From Klebsiella phage fENko-Kae01, in the sequence record OR228459.1: a stretch of 64,000 bases of DNA, one strand, 5' to 3'. Both the position numbers and the translations under genes were made by a program. The notes beneath the pieces are model-generated. The model had not been told where the DNA came from. It saw nothing but the letters and a program-made list of their open reading frames with translations, and did no database searches. Every line of letters starts with the position of its first letter. Within the stretch, counting starts at the first letter, position 1. Below are positions 9,593 to 24,086 of the stretch, piece by piece.

Positions 9593-9796
9593 ATGCCATT
9601 ATATACATACAAATGTCAAAATGAAGAATGTGAACATTCTGAAGATAAAATTGTCAAAATTTCAAATCGTGACGATGAGCGGAAATGTCCATCATGTGAA
9701 GATGGATTATTAAAGCGTGAAGAATTTACGGCTGGTGATAAAGGTGCATCATTCCGTTTCAAAGGAAACTGGTTCAATACTACAGGGAGATACTAA
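9593..9796 (+). CDS. FmdB-family zinc-ribbon protein
   Basis: YTYKCQNEECEH ... CPSCED gives a CxxC...CxxC pattern. Confidence 0.55.
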   Translation: MPLYTYKCQNEECEHSEDKIVKISNRDDERKCPSCEDGLLKREEFTAGDKGASFRFKGNWFNTTGRY

Positions 9797-10086
9797 TGAG
9801 TACTTTAAAAATGATTAATGACTACGTTCTAGTGGAACTAGTTGAAAACCACACTACCACTGCTGGTGGTATTATTCTAACCAACGTTGAGCCACCTTGC
9901 ATTGGTCGTGTTGTTTCAGTTGGCCCCGGACGTATCCTAAATAACGGTGAAAGGGCTGAACACAACATTGAAGTTGGTGAAGAAATTGTATTTGGTAAAT
10001 CTTCCTTGAATCAGCCTCTAGAACACGAAAAAGTAACATATTATGTTATGAAAATTGATGAGGTATTTGGTAAAAGAAATGGCTAA
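9796..10086 (+). CDS. co-chaperonin GroES / gp31 analogue (copy 1)
   Basis: YVLVEL..TTAGGIILT..GRVVSVGPG..VGEEIVF matches the Cpn10 pattern. 96 aa. Confidence 0.75.
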   Translation: MSTLKMINDYVLVELVENHTTTAGGIILTNVEPPCIGRVVSVGPGRILNNGERAEHNIEVGEEIVFGKSSLNQPLEHEKVTYYVMKIDEVFGKRNG

Positions 10087-10780
10087 GAAGTTACCATTCT
10101 GGATGATCCCCGCTCATTGGGGATTATCTGGTAAAGCAAAAGAAATTGCTAAGATTAACTACTTTTATGAAGGGTATGAAGCTGATGTACGATGTGCACC
10201 ACTTGTGTACTTAACTGAGTATGAAGTTGATAAAGCAATTGTTGATATTGAAAAGAAATATAACAAACTTTCTGAATTAGAATATGATTTGAAGATGCTC
10301 GACATTGAGTTGAAGCATAAACGTATTACTGAACATGAACGTGATGAACAAGCACTCGACAAGCGTTTCCAACATAATGCAATTCGCGAAAAGGAGTATG
10401 ATGCTGCTAAAGTTGAATTAATGGAAGACGGTGATGAGAAGCGTTTAGCTGCAATTGAATACGCATTTAAATATCATGAGATTACTGAACGAGAGTACAG
10501 TAAAGAACTCTTTACCATGCGTAAAGAACCTTGGATGGATTTTGATGTAGAATTCAATCAAGAAACTAATAAGGTTGAATTCATATTTGATTACAATGAA
10601 TACTTTTGGAAGAAATTAAAGGCCGAAGGTCATCCGGGTAATGATGAATATGAAATCATTGAGAACTTTATTAAAGATTGGGGAAGGAAGTTAGACGATG
10701 AAGAGTACACTGATGATGAAGATGTGAACTTAACACGTATGACTGATGAGTTACCTGATAATATCAAATTTTACAAATAA
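10055..10780 (+). CDS. hypothetical acidic protein
   Basis: ORF overlapping the GroES end. Alternative start at 10079 (ATGGCTAA overlap). Confidence 0.5.
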   Translation: MMRYLVKEMAKKLPFWMIPAHWGLSGKAKEIAKINYFYEGYEADVRCAPLVYLTEYEVDKAIVDIEKKYNKLSELEYDLKMLDIELKHKRITEHERDEQALDKRFQHNAIREKEYDAAKVELMEDGDEKRLAAIEYAFKYHEITEREYSKELFTMRKEPWMDFDVEFNQETNKVEFIFDYNEYFWKKLKAEGHPGNDEYEIIENFIKDWGRKLDDEEYTDDEDVNLTRMTDELPDNIKFYK

Positions 10781-10811
10781 AAAAAAGGAGAACGAAAGTT
10801 CTCCTTTTTTA
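10779..10811. terminator. bidirectional intrinsic terminator
   Basis: A-run, aggagaac-gaaa-gttctcct, T-run. Serves + genes from the left and - genes from the right. Confidence 0.75.
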
Positions 10812-10822
10812 TTAAGTTTTTA

Positions 10823-11476
10823 TTAACCAAGTAGTGCTGGGATAGATTTGTAAATCTTGATAGCAAAGTTACCAGCGGCAGCAGCAGCGGAACCTTTAAG
10901 AATTACTTCTTTACCAGTTTTATCCATTAGTGGAACACCAGCTAGATCATCTAGAAGTAGACGACCTTCGTCAATTGCAGTAGATGGCACACCTTGGAAA
11001 GAAATTGAATCACGGTCAAACACGTCTGCACGTTCAACTAGGAAAGTGATAACATCAGCAGAAGCGATGTTAGCAGCAGCATCAACACCATCAACTACGT
11101 TTTTGAGACCATTAGCAGCAACGCCTTTAGCGATATCAGAAGTAGCGATAATAACTGCACGTTGCTGAACAACATCAACGATGCGTTTAACGTTAGTTTG
11201 AGCAGCATATGCTTCAGTGTAGTCTTCTTCAACGGTTGCTTCAACGAATTCAGAACCGTCAACGCGAACAACACCTTTGTCATTTAGGAACTCAACGATT
11301 TCGTCTTTGTTCTGGGTGTTTAGAAAATGTTGTAGACCAACATAAGAACATACTGCACCAGTTACTACTAGAGCAATGTCACCAGTAGTATCGATTGCAA
11401 TAGTTGCTAGTGCGTTTTTACCTTGGAAATAACCAAGTACGCTATCTTGGGAGAAACCATTAATACGTTCTAACAT
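10823..11476 (-). CDS. hypothetical protein, paralogue A of an antisense pair
   Basis: Start at ATG 11476 with AAGGAGA RBS. ITFLVERADV aligns with ITFMIERQDV in the upstream gene. Ala/Val/Gly-rich, no TM segment. Confidence 0.55.
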   Translation of the reverse strand: MLERINGFSQDSVLGYFQGKNALATIAIDTTGDIALVVTGAVCSYVGLQHFLNTQNKDEIVEFLNDKGVVRVDGSEFVEATVEEDYTEAYAAQTNVKRIVDVVQQRAVIIATSDIAKGVAANGLKNVVDGVDAAANIASADVITFLVERADVFDRDSISFQGVPSTAIDEGRLLLDDLAGVPLMDKTGKEVILKGSAAAAAGNFAIKIYKSIPALLG

Positions 11477-11489
11477 ATCATTCTCCTTA

Positions 11490-12053
11490 TTATAGTAGTA
11501 CTGGAAGTGCAGCAAATACTTTAATAGCTACTGGAAGTGCAGCAGCAGGAGTACCATCTTTCTTACGGAAAGCACCAGCTTGACCTAGAGCAGCAGATAG
11601 TTCAGCACATGGCTCAACAGGAACTGGATAGTTAGAACCCGGACGAACTGCTTGTGCAGTTAGAACATCTTGACGCTCGATCATAAAAGTAATACCGAAA
11701 GAATCAGCAGTTAGAGTTCCAGATTTACCGAAAGCAATTACGTTACCTTCAATTTTCTCAAAGTCAGCAGCGGTTGGATCAACACTTCCTTTAGCTAGCA
11801 TAGAAGTAGCAACTTCAACAGAACGTTGTGCTAGAATTTGTGCAATCATAAATTGGTTGTACTCAGCAGCAGATAGTGCAGTTTGTGCAGCATTATCACC
11901 AATTTCAGTACCATCAGGTAGTACAGCAGTTTCGCCAATTTCTACATCAGCAGGTAGAGAAACAACAACAGTAACGAAACCGTTATTACCACCCCAATAT
12001 TCGCGACTGTTAGCTGACATGCCATAGTTGCGATCAAAAGAATTAAGACTCAT
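11490..12053 (-). CDS. hypothetical protein, paralogue B of an antisense pair
   Basis: Start at ATG 12053 with AAGGAGA RBS. Similar to 10823-11476. Confidence 0.55.
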   Translation of the reverse strand: MSLNSFDRNYGMSANSREYWGGNNGFVTVVVSLPADVEIGETAVLPDGTEIGDNAAQTALSAAEYNQFMIAQILAQRSVEVATSMLAKGSVDPTAADFEKIEGNVIAFGKSGTLTADSFGITFMIERQDVLTAQAVRPGSNYPVPVEPCAELSAALGQAGAFRKKDGTPAAALPVAIKVFAALPVLL

Positions 12054-12177
12054 AAAAATCTCCTTGTCTAATTTGTTGCAGGATTGTCCCTGCTTAAAGT
12101 TATTTATCAATTCTGAACGTTCATCTTTCGATAAATGGATAAAATTGATTTGTTTCTGTGATATTATTTATCAAATC

Positions 12178-12207
12178 TTGGGACAAACCAGAAAAATGTG
12201 CTATAAT
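12178..12207 (+). promoter_or_regulatory. promoter, TTGGGACA...TGTGCTATAAT family (copy 3)
   Basis: ttgggaca at 12178-12185 and tgtgctataat at 12197-12207. Confidence 0.6.
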
Positions 12208-12220
12208 AGAGGGGAAATAA

Positions 12221-13227
<1,007 letters not shown>

Positions 13228-13228
<1 letters not shown>

Positions 13229-13737
13229 TGGCAGTACTAAACAAATTAACAGATTATTCTTTTATCTTAGAAACTGATGCAGGTGAACAACTAGGTATTA
13301 TCGTTGATTACAGTGCAGGAACAACCGAACGTACTGGACTTGAGCTTTTTAATAATGATGGGGTATATCCTTTTAATTCTTTAAATGAACTTGAAGAAAT
13401 GATTGGTGAACCATTCAAAGTTAAAGAGAAAGAACAGACTGACATTACTACCAGTACTAAAGAAATTGATGGTTATCCTGTAAACGACACTGATACTATT
13501 ATTGGTGTTGCAGTTAACGAAGAAACAGGTTATCCAGTGTTTAGAAAAAGTGAACGTTCTAAGAAACTATTCTATCCGGGCTGGTGGGTTGTACAAACTG
13601 CTGAAGGTGATCATCTAGCACGTTTAACTCTAAGTGTTGACATTTACAATGAGCGTAAAGATACTGGCAAGATTTTCGGGCCATTTAAAACGTATATGGA
13701 ATGTAACTATCAGTTAAAATCTCTATCACAAAAATAA
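13228..13737 (+). CDS. hypothetical protein
   Basis: 169-aa ORF, ATGA-coupled to rnh. Confidence 0.5.
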
Positions 13738-13760
13738 GGATGCCTCGGCATCCTTATTTA
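13733..13760 (+). terminator. intrinsic terminator
   Basis: aaggatgcc-tcg-ggcatcctt followed by attta. Confidence 0.6.
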
Positions 13761-13817
13761 GTTTCACATGTAATAGTTGCATTTGAAACTATTCTTTAAG
13801 TACAAAGAATAATCTTT

Positions 13818-13825
13818 TATAAATA
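13818..13825 (+). promoter_or_regulatory. T4-late-like TATAAATA box upstream of the terminase gene
   Basis: tataaata about 47 nt upstream of ATG 13872. Confidence 0.3.
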
Positions 13826-13859
13826 AAAGTAAGCTAAAAGTTAAAGATTTTTATTTTAA

Positions 13860-16490
<2,631 letters not shown>

Positions 16491-16502
16491 ATAGATTTAT
16501 AA

Positions 16503-17863
<1,361 letters not shown>

Positions 17864-17911
17864 TTACGAAAGTATGACAACAAGAAGTCATTAAAAAATC
17901 TTGAAAATTAT

Positions 17912-17942
17912 TTGGGACATTTTGAGAAAAATGTGATATAAT
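17912..17942 (+). promoter_or_regulatory. promoter family copy 5 (tandem with copy 4)
   Basis: ttgggaca at 17912-17919 and tgtgatataat at 17932-17942. Confidence 0.6.
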
Positions 17943-18059
17943 AATTATACCGGGACACATTGATGTAGAACGGTAATCTACGGAAGACAATGAATGTCTA
18001 ACGTTAACAAAGAAGCAAATTAAAATCGAAACAAAGAAACAAACGTAAAGGAATACAAT
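17943..18059 (+). promoter_or_regulatory. long structured and A-rich 5' leader of the gp32-like gene; candidate autoregulatory operator
   Basis: Nested hairpins cattg..gtaga-acggtaa-tctac..caatg, then the AACGTTAACAAA 12-mer, then about 50 nt of A-rich unstructured sequence before the RBS. Confidence 0.35.
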
Positions 18060-19112
18060 ATGAAAACTCTAGCTGAAATTCGTGCTCAACTAAAAGCAGA
18101 CGCAGAACGCTCCGAAGCAATCAAGAATGGTACTTTCACAGGTAATCGTCAACCAGACGCATTCTTAGCTTTTTGGAACATTCCAGAGAACACACCACTA
18201 AACCTACGCTTCCTACCAGATGCAGATGAAAACAACCCATTCTTCTGGCGTGAGCGTGACATGATTACTCTTGAGTTCAACGGCGTTGTTGGTATGCATA
18301 CTGATAAAGTTCGTGTTCAAGTACCATGTAATGAAATGTGGGTTCCAAAGTCTTGCCCTGTACTAAACGAACTACGTAAGTGGTACGAAAGTGCAAAAGA
18401 AACTGGCAACGATGAACTAAAACAACTAGCTAGTAAATACTGGAAGAAAAAATCTTATCTACTACAGTGCTTCATTGCACCAGATTCAGTAGCAGTTAAA
18501 GATGATATGGCTCCAGAGAATCCAATTCGTCGCGTACTAGTCAATAAGGAAATTTTTGATAAAATCAAATCTATCCTAATGAATCCCGGTATCAAAGAAC
18601 TACCTACTCACTACGAAGAAGGTCGTGATTTTGGTGTCGTTAAGACTCGTAACGGCGGTGGTTTCAACAAATATGACATGTCTCAATTCTCCATGTCCGA
18701 ACGTCCACTAAATGCCGAAGAACGTGCTGCTATTGAAAAATACGGCCTATTCGACCTAGGTGAATTCATGCCTAAGCAACCAACACCAGAAGAGTTGCAA
18801 GCAATCGCTGAAATGTTCGAAGCATCAGTTGATGGCAAACCATATGACCCTGCACGTTGGGCTTTCGCTTACCGTCCAGCAGGTGTTCAAAAACCAAACG
18901 GTAACACTCCAGCTACCACCGCAGCAGTAACCCAAACAGTTACTACAGCTACGCTAACTCAGCCTCTAGTTGAAGCACAACAAGCACCTGTTACTCCAGC
19001 GGCACAACCAACCCAAACTGCTCCAGTAGTTAACACTACTCCAGCAGCAGCAACTAAACCAGCGGTATCTGCTTCTGATCTAGTAGCTCGTCTAAAAGGT
19101 GGCAACAAGTAA
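18060..19112 (+). CDS. single-stranded DNA-binding protein (T4 gp32-like)
   Basis: LRFLPDADENNPFF resembles T4 IRFLPSKNDEQAPF. Cys/His Zn site (CNE..CPV). The C-terminal tail is P/T/A/Q-rich rather than acidic. Confidence 0.75.
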   Translation: MKTLAEIRAQLKADAERSEAIKNGTFTGNRQPDAFLAFWNIPENTPLNLRFLPDADENNPFFWRERDMITLEFNGVVGMHTDKVRVQVPCNEMWVPKSCPVLNELRKWYESAKETGNDELKQLASKYWKKKSYLLQCFIAPDSVAVKDDMAPENPIRRVLVNKEIFDKIKSILMNPGIKELPTHYEEGRDFGVVKTRNGGGFNKYDMSQFSMSERPLNAEERAAIEKYGLFDLGEFMPKQPTPEELQAIAEMFEASVDGKPYDPARWAFAYRPAGVQKPNGNTPATTAAVTQTVTTATLTQPLVEAQQAPVTPAAQPTQTAPVVNTTPAAATKPAVSASDLVARLKGGNK

Positions 19113-19120
19113 TTTTCATA

Positions 19121-19147
19121 GGGGCTAAGGATTGGCCCCATTTTATT
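19121..19147 (+). terminator. intrinsic terminator
   Basis: ggggct-aaggatt-ggcccc followed by attttattt. Confidence 0.55.
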
Positions 19148-19161
19148 TCAAGGAGTGAAAT

Positions 19162-20283
19162 ATGAAACTATCGTCTGGTTTTTCTAATATTCTAAAAAAT
19201 AGTACTGCATCAGTTAAGAAGAATTCTGGTGTCAGCGTTGGATTCCATGATCCTGATACATGGGTAAGTACTGGTAACTTTGCATTGAACTATCGCATTA
19301 GCGGTGATTTCAACAAGGGTATTCCTCTTGGTAAAGTAACTATGTTTGCTGGTGAATCTGGTAGTGGTAAATCATTCATCGTAAGTGGTAATATTGCACG
19401 TGAAGCACAACAACAAGGTATCTTTGTTGTACTAATCGATTCTGAGAACGCTCTAGATTCTGATTGGCTACATGCTCTAGGTGTAGATACTTCTGAAGAC
19501 AAACTTCTAAAAATGAACATGGGTATGATTGGTGATGTTGCTAAATTTACTTATGAGTTCATTGAAGGTTATCGTAAGGAATATGAAAACGTACCACGTG
19601 AAGAACGTATGAAAGTACTATTCATCATTGACTCAATCGGTATGCTTAATACTGAAATCGCAAATGACCAGATGAAAGCTGGTACAATGAAAGGCGATAT
19701 GGGTCACAAACCAAAACAACTTAAAGCGTATATTACAAACTGCGTAAACTCTCTAGGCTCACTAAACATTGGTATGGTTTGTGTAAACCACAGTTATGAG
19801 TCACAAGATATGTTTAACCCTGATCCAAAAATCAGTGGTGGTAGTGGTCTTGTTTATGCTTCATCTATCGTAGTAGCTATGGGTAAACTAAAGCTAAAAG
19901 AAGACGAAGATGGCAACAAAACTTCTGACGTAAGCGGTATTCGTTCTAAGTGTAAAGTAATGAAAACTCGTTATAACAAACCTTTCGAAGATGTAGAGAT
20001 TAAAATCCCTTATGAAAGAGGTATGAACCCACGTAGCGGTCTACTTGATATGTTTGAAAAATATGGGTTAGTTACTAAATCTGGTAACCGTCTACTATAT
20101 GTAGATATTGATACTGGCGAGCAAATTCTTCAATATGCAAAAGCATGGCGAGCTAATGAAAACAGTTGTTTAGATCTAGTCATGAATCAGTTTAATCGTC
20201 ACCCTCTAATCAGTCCACTAACTGAAGAAGAAAAAGGTGATGAAGAATTCGGTACTGATATCGAAGGAACTGAAGGAGAATAA
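19162..20283 (+). CDS. uvsX: UvsX-like RecA-family recombinase
   Basis: Walker A FAGESGSGKSF. RecA-like core of 373 aa. Confidence 0.85.
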   Translation: MKLSSGFSNILKNSTASVKKNSGVSVGFHDPDTWVSTGNFALNYRISGDFNKGIPLGKVTMFAGESGSGKSFIVSGNIAREAQQQGIFVVLIDSENALDSDWLHALGVDTSEDKLLKMNMGMIGDVAKFTYEFIEGYRKEYENVPREERMKVLFIIDSIGMLNTEIANDQMKAGTMKGDMGHKPKQLKAYITNCVNSLGSLNIGMVCVNHSYESQDMFNPDPKISGGSGLVYASSIVVAMGKLKLKEDEDGNKTSDVSGIRSKCKVMKTRYNKPFEDVEIKIPYERGMNPRSGLLDMFEKYGLVTKSGNRLLYVDIDTGEQILQYAKAWRANENSCLDLVMNQFNRHPLISPLTEEEKGDEEFGTDIEGTEGE

Positions 20284-20285
20284 TA

Positions 20286-20747
20286 ATGCGGCCTTGGCAT
20301 TGGGTTATCAAAGATGACAAAACCAAGATTGTTGATATGATTGAGTACTATGATGGTGAGCTTGAAGAGGCTCGCCGTGAAGTAAAACAAATCGGTGTTA
20401 TTGAGAAGTTAGCCCAGCAATTACCAGCTTGGCACGAAACCCGATTCAGTCAGTTACAACAACTAGAAGCTGTACTTGAAGTATTGGAAATTGAAATGAA
20501 ACAGTTGGAAGGTGAAAAGTTCAAGCATTTTCTTGAACATTATAAACGCCAATTATCTAGCTCGGACTGTAAACGCTATGTTGAAGGTGATAAAGAAGTT
20601 GCAGAATTAGCAGAGCTTATTAACGAAGTAGCATATATTCGTAACCAGTACACAAGTATTGTAAAGTCATTAGAAATGAAAGCGTTCCAGTTAAACAACA
20701 TTGTTAAACTACGGTGTGCTGGTATAGAAGACAGTCGTTTAGATTGA
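20286..20747 (+). CDS. UvsY-like recombination mediator (tentative)
   Basis: 153-aa coiled-coil protein immediately after uvsX. The C-terminal KSLEMKAFQLNNIVKLRCAGIE resembles T4 UvsY KSRGFAIKHIQDMRAFEAG. Confidence 0.4.
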   Translation: MRPWHWVIKDDKTKIVDMIEYYDGELEEARREVKQIGVIEKLAQQLPAWHETRFSQLQQLEAVLEVLEIEMKQLEGEKFKHFLEHYKRQLSSSDCKRYVEGDKEVAELAELINEVAYIRNQYTSIVKSLEMKAFQLNNIVKLRCAGIEDSRLD

Positions 20748-20762
20748 AAAAGAGTAAATATT

Positions 20763-20791
20763 AGGACAGTTTATAAACTGTCCTTTTTTAT
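20763..20791 (+). terminator. intrinsic terminator
   Basis: aggacagttt-ata-aactgtcct followed by tttttt. Confidence 0.7.
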
Positions 20792-20806
20792 TACATGGAA
20801 TAATAT

Positions 20807-21760
20807 ATGCCTAAACGAAAAACACACGAAGAATTCTTACAAGAAAGTATTGCCATTTATGGTGATCAATTCCAATACTGTTCAATATACAAAAACACGG
20901 ATACACCAATGGATTTTATATGTAAATTTCATGGTGAATTTTCACAAATTCCAAAAATACACTTACGTGGTAATGGTTGTCCAAAATGTACTGGTAATGT
21001 TAAACTAACAACAAACGAGTTTATACGGATATCGAATATGATTCATGGTTGTGAATATGACTATACAAAAACTCAATATAGAAACCGAGATACTGATGTA
21101 GTTATAACATGTTCAAAACATGGGGATTTTAATATGAATCCACGTGTACATATGAACGGTGGAAAATGCACACTTTGTACTGGACGTAAAAAATTAACAA
21201 CTGAATCCTTTATTGAAAAATCCAAACAAATTCATGGTGATGGTGTATATTCATATGATAAAGTTGTATATGGTAAAAACAATAAAGAAAAAGTTGAGAT
21301 TATTTGTAATAAGCATGGTTCGTTTTTACAACGACCTAATGATCACTTATCTGGTAAGGGTTGTAAACGATGCTCCGATGAATCGGTTGTATCTAAGGCA
21401 GTATCAGAAATTACCAATTGGTTAACTGAAAATGATATTGTTCATGTTCGTGAATATATATTTGACAACTGTTCTAATATTAATAAGTTGAGATTTGATT
21501 TTTATATACCTCATTTGAATATGTGCATTGAATATGATGGAATACAACATTTCAAATCATTTGAACATTGGGGTGGTGATGAAAAATTAAAACAAATACA
21601 AATAAATGATGAAATAAAAAATTTATACTGCATTGATAATGGTATACAACTTGTGCGTATTAAGTACACGCAAAACCATATAAAATGCATTGAAAAGGTA
21701 ATAAAAAAATATGATCAAGATGGAAGAATTTCTACAGAAAGTGGTTGTAAACGATACTGA
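20807..21760 (+). CDS. putative free-standing homing-type endonuclease: three Zn-ribbon repeats plus a C-terminal Vsr/DUF559-like PD-(D/E)xK domain
   Basis: Three repeats of about 60 aa with pattern T.EEFI...IHG..Y.Y...KHG.F...P..H..G.GCxxC. The C-terminus has RFDFYIP...CIEYDGIQH...GIQLVRI. Confidence 0.5.
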   Translation: MPKRKTHEEFLQESIAIYGDQFQYCSIYKNTDTPMDFICKFHGEFSQIPKIHLRGNGCPKCTGNVKLTTNEFIRISNMIHGCEYDYTKTQYRNRDTDVVITCSKHGDFNMNPRVHMNGGKCTLCTGRKKLTTESFIEKSKQIHGDGVYSYDKVVYGKNNKEKVEIICNKHGSFLQRPNDHLSGKGCKRCSDESVVSKAVSEITNWLTENDIVHVREYIFDNCSNINKLRFDFYIPHLNMCIEYDGIQHFKSFEHWGGDEKLKQIQINDEIKNLYCIDNGIQLVRIKYTQNHIKCIEKVIKKYDQDGRISTESGCKRY

Positions 21761-22529
21761 GACTACTGGTGTGGATGAAGATGATGATATTATTGAATTC
21801 AGTGCTTCGTTTCCAATGTCAGCACAGGATGGGATTGATGATATTATTAACTACACAAATCGTTATAAACCACTAAAACCAGTACCAGCAATTGCATCTT
21901 CAGTACATTTCATTACTGACGACGATCTTGTAGATTGTGGTAGTTACAAAGATGATATTGAAAATATTGACGCACTCTTTACTTCACGTGAATTCTATGT
22001 GGGTCATAACGTTGATTTTGACCGTGATATGTATATTCAGAATCACCGCAAAAGTACTGGTATCGTACCAGAATATATGATCGACAATACTAAGTGGATT
22101 TGCACCTTACGTTTAGCAAAAAAACTTTTTGCCGAAGATATGGAATATGAAAACTTTAAACTAAGTTATCTATGGTTCAAGTATGGTTTGAATAAAACAG
22201 TTGATCGTCCAATCAATGCTCACGCAGCAAAGGATGACGTGTACATGTGCTTCAAAGTACTCGTCAAGCTAGTTGAGATTTGTATTGAACGTGGTGTAAT
22301 TGATCCAAACCAAGATATTGGTGAACAAATTATTGCATTCTGCAATAAACCTTATCGTTATCAGATTATGCCTATTGGTAAACACAAAGGAGAAAAAATG
22401 AAAGATGTTCCCTTGAACTACTTGAACTGGATGATAACTAATAGTGACATTCTAAATGCTGATTTGCCTAACTACGATGTAGACTTGGCTTACACTATCG
22501 AATGTGAGTATTCAGAAAGAACCAATTGA
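21711..22529 (+). CDS. DEDD 3'-5' exonuclease (DexA/DnaQ-like)
   Basis: Exo I motif VVVNDTETTG. Later HNVDFD and H..AKDD motifs. Confidence 0.6.
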   Translation: MIKMEEFLQKVVVNDTETTGVDEDDDIIEFSASFPMSAQDGIDDIINYTNRYKPLKPVPAIASSVHFITDDDLVDCGSYKDDIENIDALFTSREFYVGHNVDFDRDMYIQNHRKSTGIVPEYMIDNTKWICTLRLAKKLFAEDMEYENFKLSYLWFKYGLNKTVDRPINAHAAKDDVYMCFKVLVKLVEICIERGVIDPNQDIGEQIIAFCNKPYRYQIMPIGKHKGEKMKDVPLNYLNWMITNSDILNADLPNYDVDLAYTIECEYSERTN

Positions 22530-22546
22530 TTTAAAAGGACTCAAGG

Positions 22547-24031
22547 ATGAGTGGAGTTTGTAGACTTATACTTCAGGATGAAGTAAACTGTAAATTCGAG
22601 GGGCTTGACCCCTCAATTAGAAACAAAATGATTAGTGAAGTTTCTTACGTACTTCCTTACGCTCGATATACTCCTGCTGGACGTATGGGCCGCTGGGACG
22701 GTAAAGTAAACTTCATGAATATGGGCGGTAGTACTTATTATCATATGTTAGATAAATTACTACCCATCTTGGATAAACATAATGTGTTGATTGATGTTAT
22801 TGATGAACGCATTACATATGATTTTGATTTTGACCCAATCGATGAAAATCTTTTCGATTATGTTGAATTTCCAGTGGGACACCACATGGAAGGTAAAAAA
22901 ATCATTCTACGTGAGCACCAAGTAAATGCGGTTAATGCATGTTTGAAAAACCAACATGGATTACTACTTGCAAGTACGAGTTCAGGTAAAACTCTAATCA
23001 CTGCGGCACTATCTAAATGTGTAGAGAAATATGGTCGTAGTATTATCATCGTACCAAGTACTGATCTAGTACAGCAAACATATAATGACTACGCTATGGT
23101 TGGATTAGATGCTGGTGTATTTTATGGTGATAAAAAAGAACTAGGACATACCCATACTATTACGACTTGGCAATCCCTAAACTCTTTGTGGAAAAAAACA
23201 AAGAAAGATGAGATTCCAATGACTGAGCAGGACATTCACGACTTCATTGATGGTGTGGTGTGTGTTATGGTTGATGAGGCCCATACAAGTGCTGCTGATG
23301 CACTACAGGCTGTTTTAGGACAGGTAATGTGTCGTATTCCATTACGTTGGGGTTTAACTGGTACAATCCCAAAAGATCCAGTTCTAGCAGCGAAAATCAA
23401 GTGCAATGTCGGTGACATAATATATACGATCACTGCGAAAGAATTACAAGACAAGAATATCTTGAGTACTTGTAATGTGAACTGTATCAAATTGAAAAGT
23501 TCATTGAAGTTTGCAACCTATCCAGAAGAAATGAAGTTCTTAGTAACTGACCGGGATAGGATGAAGTACATTGCCACATTGATTGCAGCTATTGCAGAGA
23601 GTGGAAATACATTAGTGTTAGTTGACAGGTTGGAAGCTGGTGAATTACTTTGTGAGTACTTAGGAATTCCCAAATCTGAATTTGTTCGTGGTAATACGAA
23701 GAAGAAAGACCGTGAAGCCTCTTATGGTGAAATCCGTTGGGCTGATAACAAAATTCTAATTGCTACATACGGTGTTGCAAGTACTGGTATTAGTATCAGT
23801 CGCTTGTATAACGTTGTATTGATTGAACCGGGTAAATCATTCGTTCGTACAATTCAGAGTATTGGGCGTGGACTACGCCGAGCAGAAGACAAAGATCACG
23901 TTGAAATATATGATATTTCGGGTTCGAACAAATATTCAGCAAAACACTCAAGGGAGAGAATCGCATACTACAAAGAGGTGGAATATCCTTATAATCAGGT
24001 AGTTGTTGAAGATTGGCAAAACTTGGGATGA
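22547..24031 (+). CDS. uvsW: UvsW-like SF2 helicase
   Basis: N-terminus GRWDGKVNFMN resembles T4 UvsW GNWDGRIRLLD. Walker A STSSGKT, DEAH box MVDEAHT, helicase C region. Confidence 0.7.
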   Translation: MSGVCRLILQDEVNCKFEGLDPSIRNKMISEVSYVLPYARYTPAGRMGRWDGKVNFMNMGGSTYYHMLDKLLPILDKHNVLIDVIDERITYDFDFDPIDENLFDYVEFPVGHHMEGKKIILREHQVNAVNACLKNQHGLLLASTSSGKTLITAALSKCVEKYGRSIIIVPSTDLVQQTYNDYAMVGLDAGVFYGDKKELGHTHTITTWQSLNSLWKKTKKDEIPMTEQDIHDFIDGVVCVMVDEAHTSAADALQAVLGQVMCRIPLRWGLTGTIPKDPVLAAKIKCNVGDIIYTITAKELQDKNILSTCNVNCIKLKSSLKFATYPEEMKFLVTDRDRMKYIATLIAAIAESGNTLVLVDRLEAGELLCEYLGIPKSEFVRGNTKKKDREASYGEIRWADNKILIATYGVASTGISISRLYNVVLIEPGKSFVRTIQSIGRGLRRAEDKDHVEIYDISGSNKYSAKHSRERIAYYKEVEYPYNQVVVEDWQNLG

Positions 24032-24054
24032 AACCGAAAAAAATGTGATATAAT
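24023..24054 (+). promoter_or_regulatory. promoter family copy 6 (TTGGGATG variant)
   Basis: ttgggatg overlaps the uvsW stop codon. tgtgatataat at 24044-24054. Confidence 0.5.
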
Positions 24055-24086
24055 ATAACTGTAACTAACAAAAGGAATAAAGAAAA

